DNA from: Steroidobacteraceae bacterium
GTDB taxonomy: Bacteria > Pseudomonadota > Gammaproteobacteria > Steroidobacterales > Steroidobacteraceae
Assembly (NCBI GenBank): GCA_049792815.1
Contig: JBARBG010000081.1
Location: forward strand, 8,296-72,295
Reading direction: 5' to 3'
Length of the DNA: 64,000 nt
In this document: piece by piece, positions 9,157-16,364 of the stretch
Numbering within the stretch: the stretch's first letter is position 1
Layout of the letters: each line of letters begins with the position of its first letter
Position numbers and translations under genes: made by a program
The notes under the pieces: generated by a model
The model's database searches: none
Told to the model about the DNA's origin: nothing
Seen by the model: the letters and a program-made list of their open reading frames with translations, nothing else

Positions 9157-10411
9157 CAGCAATCTCGTCCACGAGCGGAACATCAAACGTCACGTTGCCC
9201 AGCCCCTTCTGCCGCAGAATTTCCTTCAGTCGCGCAACAACGGCGTCCGCCGCAACGAGGCGTTCCCCGGCATCCAATCCAGGGTCAACGCAGAACGGAA
9301 AGCGAAACGAGGTTGGCCCTGTAATTTGCATCTGGAAGCGCGTCACGCCCTTCACGAATATCTCATTGATGGTGTGTGGACTTAAGAAGTCGGTGGCGCC
9401 GGCGCCGTTCTGAAACGTCGGCATCTGCTCAGCGCGGCCGACGAGGTTGCGGATCAGAATGGGGTGCGCGCCCGGCGCGCTCATCGGCTGCAGGATGTCG
9501 GACATCCGGTAGCGGATCAGCGGCATTGTGAAATTGAAGAGATTCGTGATGATGGAATGATCCTCGTGGAACTCAAAGATCAAATTATCGTCCGTGAGCA
9601 TCATCGATTCACCATCGGGGCTCGAGATGCCCAGCATCATGTGTTCGGTGCAGGCGTAGATACTGATCGACCTCGCGCCAGCAAAAGCTCCGGACAGCGC
9701 CTCCAGGTCACGCTTTGTGGTCACCTCGCCGGAGGCGACGAGCGCTCTGGGCGCCAGTTTCAAGCGGCCGGCGTCTTGCTCGGTGGCCAGCATCCGCAGG
9801 GCCGCCGTATAGCCGAGAAGGAAGTCAGGCTGAAACTCATTCAGCCCAGCCACTACATCGGGCAATGGCGTATTGACTTCAAAGGCAGCACCCCGGACGA
9901 AGAGTCGCCGCAGCCCGCGCTGCATGGAGGCGATGGCCGTCACACCGGCGTAGTGCCCACCGGTCGCCCCGTAGAAGGCCACCCTGATGCGACGGAACGG
10001 CTGCTTCCTACCTTTCAAGAGCCCGCGGAACGCGCGTCCATTGCGTCTCGCGTTCCCGTTCATGCGTTTGTAGTCACTCGGGGCATACAGAAAGTAGCCA
10101 ACTTCACCCGAGGTCCCCGAGGTGTGCATGACCGTGAGCTCATTGAAAAGCCGGTCGCGCGGATCTGAAGACCGGGTCAGAAAGTCAGCGACGATTTTCT
10201 TGGTAACCCTGCGATCGGTCACGATGGCATCGAAATTGGCCATGAGAATGGATTTCGTCAGAACGGGAAAGTCCGAGGGCAGGCAGGTATTGAGATCCAG
10301 GGCGCGCTCGCGGATGACATTTGAATAGTAGGGAGCGTGTGTACTGGCGTGACGCGCCAGCGTTCGAAATCGTTCCAGCTTGAGGGCATCCAGCCCGGTT
10401 TGAGCATTCAT
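9077..10411 (-). CDS. Adenylate-forming enzyme, phenylacetate-CoA ligase / coenzyme F390 synthetase-like
   Basis: 444 aa from MNAQTGLDAL, with GGGAGGGGGG upstream of the ATG. Has a TSGTSGEVGYF AMP-binding motif. The track ORF 9077-10969 is an over-extension. Confidence 0.7.
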   Translation of the reverse strand: MNAQTGLDALKLERFRTLARHASTHAPYYSNVIRERALDLNTCLPSDFPVLTKSILMANFDAIVTDRRVTKKIVADFLTRSSDPRDRLFNELTVMHTSGTSGEVGYFLYAPSDYKRMNGNARRNGRAFRGLLKGRKQPFRRIRVAFYGATGGHYAGVTAIASMQRGLRRLFVRGAAFEVNTPLPDVVAGLNEFQPDFLLGYTAALRMLATEQDAGRLKLAPRALVASGEVTTKRDLEALSGAFAGARSISIYACTEHMMLGISSPDGESMMLTDDNLIFEFHEDHSIITNLFNFTMPLIRYRMSDILQPMSAPGAHPILIRNLVGRAEQMPTFQNGAGATDFLSPHTINEIFVKGVTRFQMQITGPTSFRFPFCVDPGLDAGERLVAADAVVARLKEILRQKGLGNVTFDVPLVDEIAVNVRTRKFQLIVDERKVAEGHCAPSA

Positions 10412-10433
10412 CTGACCCCCCCTCCCGAAAGTC

Positions 10434-11204
10434 TCAGCTACGGCGCTCAAGATACGCCCGGGCCAGGTCCCGTAACCGCGCGCCATCAAAACTGGGATCG
10501 TGGCCGGCGTGCACCAGGCGCGCGGGCAGCGCTTCAATTCGGCGCATGGTAGCCATGTAAACGGCGATGTCGCTGCCGGGCAATTCATCCAGTAGCGGCC
10601 CGTCATATATAGCGTCACCCGAGAAGAAGATCCCGGTTGCCGCCTCCCACAGGCCGATACTTCCGGGTGAGTGTCCCGGCAGGTGCAGGATCTCAAACAC
10701 CCGGTTCCCCAAGTCGAGCACGTCGCCTTCCCGTACCACGCGCGTCGCCGGTGCCGCCGGCCGCGCGAACGTTCGCAGGTCGAAATCGTCACGGGGCAGG
10801 GCGGTAATGAAGGCGGAGCCGACCTCATAGCCGGCATGTTCCAGTGCCGCAACGAACTGCACCGGGTGATCTTCGCGCAGCATGCTGAAGTTCTCGGATG
10901 GCCGCTGCAGCTGGTCGGCTTCCGCGGCATGCACGACACGCTCCGAAAACTCATGCAATGACCCCACATGATCCAGGTGCGCGTGGGTTGCGACGGCGGT
11001 CAGCGGCTTGGAAAACAGCTCGGCCGCCGCGTGCGTGAGACTGCCAAGTCCCATGCCCGTGTCAATGATGAGGTCGCGGTCTCGTCCCTGCACATGCCAG
11101 ACATTGCACTGCATGACCCTGATGACATGCGGCTCCCAAATGCGCGTGATGCCATCACCGAGGCGCTCGAACTCAAACCAGTGGCCCGCGATCTGAAGTC
11201 CCAT
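10434..11204 (-). CDS. MBL-fold metallo-hydrolase
   Basis: 256 aa from MGLQIAGHWF, with THAHLDHVG (HxHxDH) and later H/D ligands. Lies 22 nt upstream of the ligase gene. Confidence 0.8.
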   Translation of the reverse strand: MGLQIAGHWFEFERLGDGITRIWEPHVIRVMQCNVWHVQGRDRDLIIDTGMGLGSLTHAAAELFSKPLTAVATHAHLDHVGSLHEFSERVVHAAEADQLQRPSENFSMLREDHPVQFVAALEHAGYEVGSAFITALPRDDFDLRTFARPAAPATRVVREGDVLDLGNRVFEILHLPGHSPGSIGLWEAATGIFFSGDAIYDGPLLDELPGSDIAVYMATMRRIEALPARLVHAGHDPSFDGARLRDLARAYLERRS

Positions 11205-11440
11205 CCGCGCATTGTGGCCACAATTCAAGGTGCCAGCGAGTGTGCCGAGCTGGTCAATACTGGGGCAAGAAATTTTAAAGGCTCCGAGTTGGGGCGCACG
11301 CTCCCTCACTCCACCCGTGCCGCGGTCCCGAGTCGCCTCCGTAACATGTTGTTTTCCTGAGGTGAACGACGCAGATCGCGTGCGCAGAGTGCCGTCGGCA
11401 CAGGGCTTGCAGTGGAGATCCCCAGACAAAGGAAATGTGC

Positions 11441-11547
11441 GTCTAGGGTTCCGGCCTGTTGCAGCAACGGGTGTCTGGTCCGAGAGAGGCAGTCCGGGCG
11501 CGCAGCAAAGCGCCCCGGATACACGGCGGGACAAAAGCCCGGGAGAT
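11441..11547 (+). promoter_or_regulatory. Guanidine-I riboswitch aptamer (ykkC-yxkD leader, subtype 1)
   Basis: Invariant blocks in canonical order: CUAGGGUUCCGG 11443-11454, hairpin, GGUCCGAGAG 11477-11486, hairpin CCGGGCGC/GCGCCCCGG, ACACGGCGGGACAAAAGCCCGGGAGA 11521-11546. Lies about 125 nt upstream of the receptor ATG. Confidence 0.85.
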
Positions 11548-11670
11548 TGGGTTGCGAGGCGCCAGTGCTGGCCCTCGGGACAATCTCCATTGCGGTGGTT
11601 GTCCCGGGTGCCAAGAGCACAACGCTCCTCGCAAGTCGGCCAACGGCTTGTGCAAGGAGGTCCATCTGCA

Positions 11671-14301
11671 ATGGTAGTCCCACGAAATCGGCCCGCCAAA
11701 GGGTCAAGACTTGATCAGCGTTGTCGCGACGTCAGCACGGTCGCCGCAACCGTAATAGCCATTCTCTATGGCGCCGCTGCGGGCGCGGAGAACACCACGG
11801 CCGCTGAAACCGAGCTTGCAAGTGCGGCAACGGTTGCGGATGCCGGCACGAGCACTGCCGACACGGGTCTGGCGGAAGTGGTCGTGACTGCCACACGTCA
11901 CGAAGCATCGGCCCAGGATCTCCCCCTCAGCATCACCGCAGTGACTGCTGAGCAACTGCAGCAGGCCGGCATCGGGGACCTCTCCGATCTGTCTCACACC
12001 TTGTCGGGTGTGAACTACACGGACAAGGGGCCGTTCAGCGGCGTCAATGGCGCAAACCTGGTCATTCGCGGACTCAACAGTGAAACGACAGCCGGCCTCC
12101 CGGCCGCGGCGTCACCGGTCGTGCCCCCGGTTTCCACCTATGTCGACGATACCCCGATATTCGTGAGCCTGCGCTTTCAGGACCTCGACCGCGTCGAGGT
12201 CTTGAAGGGCCCGCAGGGAACTCTGTACGGATCAGGTTCCCTGGGTGGCACGATCAAGTTCATTGAGCACGCACCCGATCTGTCGGGGTTTGATGCCAGG
12301 GTGGAAGCGACGATCAGCGATACTCAGCACACCAGCGCGCCTAACGAAGATGTGAGCGGCATGATCAACATTCCGCTCAGCGAGACGATTGCCGTGCGCG
12401 GGAACGCCAGCTTCACGCACGATGCGGGATTCATCAATCAGCCGAATCTCTTCGTGCTTGATGCAAGCGGCGCGCCGGCCGAGTCACAACCCGGAAACCC
12501 ACTCAGTCAACCGGTGTTCTACCGTCGCGATCACGTGAACGACTATGGATACAGCGCAGCGCGCATTTCCGCTCTGTGGAACCCGAGCGAGGCGCTGCGA
12601 GCGCAGCTATCGTACTACCATCAACTCTCCACGGCCCAGGGGTATCCGTACGCGGCGACCAGCACGGCTGCCTTCAACATGCCCATCAGCCCCAACACCC
12701 AGCCTGGTGGAACTTTTACCAATCCGCCGCTGGCGCCGCAGCTGTACACCGAATCCGTCCCGACCGGCCTTGACCGGCTTTCGGACGCCGAGAACAGCAC
12801 CACCACCACGACGGACAAAGTCGACCTGGTGGCACTCACTTTCGATTACGACCTCGGCTTCGCGACCCTCACTTCCTCGACGTCGTGGGCAGATCACTCC
12901 AATGGCACGCGGGCGGACGAGACTGCGCAGTACAGCAACTTCTTCTTCTATCAGAGCCTTTACGGCCAGTATCCGCGGACGTTCATTCAAGGCTACGAGA
13001 AGCTTGACGATCGACCCATTACCCAGGAAGTGCGGCTGGTTTCGCAGGAGGGGGGCGCGTTGGAGTGGGTGGCGGGCCTGTTCTACAACCATCAGCAGAC
13101 CAATATCCAGGAGCACGACTTCGAGCCGGGCTATCTCGACTTCTACAACGCGTGCGAGCCAATCTACGGTCAGAGCGCGGGCGATGGCACTACCCCTTCA
13201 TACTGCGGAGTCGGCGAGACCGGCGCCGGCACCGTCAGCTCTTATGCTGGGATTCCCATCGTAAAGGACCAGGCGTACATCGGAGACTTCGAAACGACGT
13301 TCAGGGATCTGGCACTGTTCGGGGATATCACCTGGCATGCCACTTCCAACTGGAGCGTGACCGGGGGTGGGCGTGTCTTCAAACAGACCATCTCGGCGTC
13401 CCAGCAAACGGGTCTGCTGTTTGACGCCGGGTCGTTCTTCGCCCCTTCGATTCCGATTGCGAACATCTCGCTCAGCGACACCTGGCGTCGCGCCACCTGG
13501 AAGTTCAACACCTCCTATCAACTGGACAAGACCAATCTGGTGTATGCGACTTTCTCTCAGGGATTTCGACGCGGCAGCGTAAACGCGCTGCCGCCTTCTG
13601 AGTTAGGTGGTAGCTATACCCTACCAGATGCACTGCGAAATCTTGCGCCGGACACGGCCAACAATTACGAGGTCGGTGTCAAGGGAACCGTCGACAATAA
13701 GTTCAGATACTCGGTCGCTGCGTATTACATTGACTGGCGTAACGTGCAGGAAGGGCTGCAACTCACGCCGCTGGTGCTGCCGGCATCCATGAATATCGGG
13801 CATGCGTACAGCAAGGGAATCGAGACTGAAATGGATGCGTTGATCACGCGCAACCTCGAGGCACAGCTCGACTACACCTACGACCAAACGAAATTAATGT
13901 CCTTGAATCCTCTGTTCGTGTCGCCAAATGTATCGGCACCGCCGCCCGGTGTGGGCACCGCCCTTCCCGGCACGCCGCGCAATAGCCTCGCCCTCACACT
14001 GAAGTACGGACACATTCGGATAAATGATGGCGAGCTGTACTTCTCCGTCAGTGGTCACTACCAAAGCTCGGTCTTGCCAGCGCTTTCGGCAACGGTGCCC
14101 ACCGTCGCCGGCTATACGATGGCGAGCGCACGTGTTGGGTATGACGTCGCGCACTGGAGCGCAGCTTTATTCGTGAACAATCTCACGAACAATCTAGGCG
14201 TAACCTCGTATCAGGATCCCGCGATCTTCGGAAACCGGGCGCAAGCCATCGTGTCGCAACCGCGTACGTTCGGGCTGACGGTCGCCTACTCGTACAAATA
14301 G
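11671..14301 (+). CDS. TonB-dependent outer-membrane receptor
   Basis: 876 aa from ATG 11671, with AAGGAGG 11 nt upstream. Signal peptide, TonB-box-like AEVVVTAT, plug motifs (IRGLNSE, VEVLKGPQGTLYGSG) and a beta-barrel C-terminus. The track ORF starting at 11212 is a false extension over the riboswitch. Confidence 0.85.
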   Translation: MVVPRNRPAKGSRLDQRCRDVSTVAATVIAILYGAAAGAENTTAAETELASAATVADAGTSTADTGLAEVVVTATRHEASAQDLPLSITAVTAEQLQQAGIGDLSDLSHTLSGVNYTDKGPFSGVNGANLVIRGLNSETTAGLPAAASPVVPPVSTYVDDTPIFVSLRFQDLDRVEVLKGPQGTLYGSGSLGGTIKFIEHAPDLSGFDARVEATISDTQHTSAPNEDVSGMINIPLSETIAVRGNASFTHDAGFINQPNLFVLDASGAPAESQPGNPLSQPVFYRRDHVNDYGYSAARISALWNPSEALRAQLSYYHQLSTAQGYPYAATSTAAFNMPISPNTQPGGTFTNPPLAPQLYTESVPTGLDRLSDAENSTTTTTDKVDLVALTFDYDLGFATLTSSTSWADHSNGTRADETAQYSNFFFYQSLYGQYPRTFIQGYEKLDDRPITQEVRLVSQEGGALEWVAGLFYNHQQTNIQEHDFEPGYLDFYNACEPIYGQSAGDGTTPSYCGVGETGAGTVSSYAGIPIVKDQAYIGDFETTFRDLALFGDITWHATSNWSVTGGGRVFKQTISASQQTGLLFDAGSFFAPSIPIANISLSDTWRRATWKFNTSYQLDKTNLVYATFSQGFRRGSVNALPPSELGGSYTLPDALRNLAPDTANNYEVGVKGTVDNKFRYSVAAYYIDWRNVQEGLQLTPLVLPASMNIGHAYSKGIETEMDALITRNLEAQLDYTYDQTKLMSLNPLFVSPNVSAPPPGVGTALPGTPRNSLALTLKYGHIRINDGELYFSVSGHYQSSVLPALSATVPTVAGYTMASARVGYDVAHWSAALFVNNLTNNLGVTSYQDPAIFGNRAQAIVSQPRTFGLTVAYSYK

Positions 14302-14366
14302 AACTGAGGAGGGGATCGAGGCGGTTGGGCCATGCGCTGGCTTGACAGATGCGTCCTGAATGGCAG

Positions 14367-14392
14367 TATTACGGAATATGAAAAGCGTAATA
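14367..14392 (+). promoter_or_regulatory. Candidate operator: perfect 7-bp inverted repeat TATTACG-N12-CGTAATA between a TTGACA box (14342-14347) and the nikR-like start
   Basis: Read directly from the sequence. The position fits autoregulation by the adjacent ribbon-helix-helix regulator. Function is unproven. Confidence 0.3.
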
Positions 14393-14397
14393 ATGCC

Positions 14398-14853
14398 ATG
14401 AACGCGAGGTCGATCCCGGAACTGGCGCGCCTGTCGGTGAGTCTGCCCAATGAGCTGCTCGTGCAACTGGACGCGATGGTCGAGGAGCGCGCATTGCCCA
14501 GTCGCTCGCAGATGATCGCCGAGCTCATCCGTCACGCACTCGCGGAGCACAGCCAGGCGCGCAGCGCGGCCGTCCTTGCGGGAACTGTCACCTTGATCTA
14601 TCGCGCCGAAAGCGGCCGGGTCCACCATCTGCTGGCACAGACCCAAACTGTCTTCATCAAGGAGGTCATCTCCTCACAGCACGTGTTTCTGGAGAACGAC
14701 CAGTCGCTGGAGGTCCTGCTGGTCCAAGGGCCCACCTCTCGCCTGGAGGCCCTGTGCGATGCCCTGCGCAAAGTCCGCGGCGTGCAACAGGTGAAACTGG
14801 TCACAACCACTGCGTTGTTGCCGCCGCTGCATTCGCACGGAAGTGCCAGATGA
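14398..14853 (+). CDS. NikR-family ribbon-helix-helix regulator with a degenerate nickel site
   Basis: 151 aa from MNARSIPELARLSVSLPNELL (RHH) plus a NikR_C-like ACT fold. The stop overlaps the next start (ATGA at 14850). Confidence 0.75.
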   Translation: MNARSIPELARLSVSLPNELLVQLDAMVEERALPSRSQMIAELIRHALAEHSQARSAAVLAGTVTLIYRAESGRVHHLLAQTQTVFIKEVISSQHVFLENDQSLEVLLVQGPTSRLEALCDALRKVRGVQQVKLVTTTALLPPLHSHGSAR

Positions 14854-15680
14854 AGGATTCCGCCACCGCCGATCCAAAGCGCGCACGGGAGCACGCGCGG
14901 GCTATGGCAGGCCTACAGGCGGAAGCAATGCCCACCGTGCCGGCCAGCAGCGCTACCGATCTACCGGATGGAGTCGCGGCCGGGAACATGCTGTGGGAGG
15001 AGACCGTTGCGTCAGGTGGCTATGCATCCAAAGAGCTGGGGCGGGGCGCTCGCTTGCGCCTCATCGACCTACATGGCGATGGGTGCGTATCGATGCTGGT
15101 CTTCAATGCCGAGCGTCCGGTTGAGCGCTTGAATGTCGCCGATACCCTGAAGGTGCAGTGGAGCGCCCAGCTGCGAGCTGGCCGCCTGCTGTTGTCCGAC
15201 ATGGGTCGAGTTCTCTTCAGCATCCTGGAGGACGGGGCTCAAACCCACGATGCGTTCTGCGGGCCTTCAAATTCGCGCACGAATGCCCGGAAGTTCGGCG
15301 ACGGAGCTAACTGGGGCGAAAAGCCCAGTGCTCGTGATCGCCTCATCCTGGGCGCCGCTAAGTTCGGCCTTGGTGCAAAGGATGTTCATCCATGCATTAA
15401 CTGGTTCAAATTGGTGCAGATTGCCCCCGATGGCACCACGATGTTGCATGCCGGTCCGTTCTCGCCTGGACGGTCACTGACATTGCGCGCCGAAATGAAC
15501 GTCATCGTCGTACTGGCCAATTGTCCACACGTGCTCGATACGCGTCCTGACTATGCCGTAACGCCGGTACGGCTCAGCGCCTGGCGGGGCCCGATCGCAG
15601 GCGGCGACGATGAAGTTCGTAACGCGACGCCCGAAGCACTGCGGGCCTTTCTCAATGTCGAAGAATACTTCCATCGCTGA
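14850..15680 (+). CDS. Urea-carboxylase-associated protein 1 (DUF1989; carboxyguanidine deiminase CgdA-like)
   Basis: 276 aa from MKDSATADPK. DUF1989-type sequence, paired with a second DUF1989 gene and the carboxylase. Confidence 0.8.
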   Translation: MKDSATADPKRAREHARAMAGLQAEAMPTVPASSATDLPDGVAAGNMLWEETVASGGYASKELGRGARLRLIDLHGDGCVSMLVFNAERPVERLNVADTLKVQWSAQLRAGRLLLSDMGRVLFSILEDGAQTHDAFCGPSNSRTNARKFGDGANWGEKPSARDRLILGAAKFGLGAKDVHPCINWFKLVQIAPDGTTMLHAGPFSPGRSLTLRAEMNVIVVLANCPHVLDTRPDYAVTPVRLSAWRGPIAGGDDEVRNATPEALRAFLNVEEYFHR

Positions 15681-15713
15681 CATTGCACACAACTTGCACG
15701 GTTCTGCCACGCC

Positions 15714-16361
15714 ATGAGTGACTCTGTAATTGCCGAGCTTTCCCGCGACATATTGCTCGATGAGGTTATTGCTGCGCGTGCGGCCTGGGATCACTTCGTG
15801 CAGGCAGGCCAGACGCTGCGCATTCTCGACATCGAAGGCAATCAGGCGGTCGACTTCCTGCTTTATGCGGCACATGACGATACCGAGCGCTACAGTGCGC
15901 AAGACACCATTTCCGCGCAACGCAATATCTTTCTGCGCACCGGCACCGTTTTGATGTCGAATGAAGGCCGGCCCATGGCGCGGATCGCCGCCACGACCGT
16001 CGCCTACCACGACACCATCGGTGGTGCCTGCAGTTGCGAGAGCAATACGCTGCGCTATGGCTACCACACGAAGTCGCAACATGCCTGTGTAGAGAACTTC
16101 CTGCTTGCGAACGCCCGATACGGTCGAACCAAGCGCGACATCGTCTCGAACATCAATTGGTTCATGAATGTGCCGGTGGAGCCCGACGGCACCCTTGGAA
16201 TCGTCGACGGAATCTCGGCTCCGGGTCTGTACGTGGACTTGGAAATGTTGATGGATGTCGTCGCCGTCATTTCCAACTGCCCGCAGGTCAATAATCCCTG
16301 TAACGGTTTTAATCCCACGCCGGTGCGCGTCCTGATCGCGTCCGGGGCGGGCCAGCGCTGA
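15714..16361 (+). CDS. Urea-carboxylase-associated protein 2 (DUF1989; CgdB-like)
   Basis: 215 aa, paralogous to the preceding gene and immediately upstream of the carboxylase. Confidence 0.8.
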   Translation: MSDSVIAELSRDILLDEVIAARAAWDHFVQAGQTLRILDIEGNQAVDFLLYAAHDDTERYSAQDTISAQRNIFLRTGTVLMSNEGRPMARIAATTVAYHDTIGGACSCESNTLRYGYHTKSQHACVENFLLANARYGRTKRDIVSNINWFMNVPVEPDGTLGIVDGISAPGLYVDLEMLMDVVAVISNCPQVNNPCNGFNPTPVRVLIASGAGQR

Positions 16362-16364
16362 TGG

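Noticed and set aside
11212-11670. N-terminal 153 codons of the 1029-aa track ORF for the TonB-dependent receptor
   Set aside because: There is no signal peptide or homology-like sequence here. A strong AAGGAGG-ATG lies at 11671, followed by a signal peptide. The stretch contains the riboswitch aptamer. It is an open frame by GC-rich chance.
9077-11699. Track ORFs 9077-10969 (630 aa) and 10434-11699 (421 aa) taken at face value
   Set aside because: The N-terminal parts are Cys/Arg-rich nonsense overlapping the neighbouring gene. Internal ATGs at 10411 and 11204 have RBSs and give full-length family-typical proteins.
14302-14397. Looked for a second ykkC/guanidine aptamer, or mini-ykkC or guanidine-III motifs, directly upstream of the carboxylase operon. 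Also checked 29377-29538.
   Set aside because: None of the conserved blocks (CUAGGGUUCCG, GGUCCGAGAG, ACGR loops) are present. Only a promoter-like box and an inverted repeat were found.
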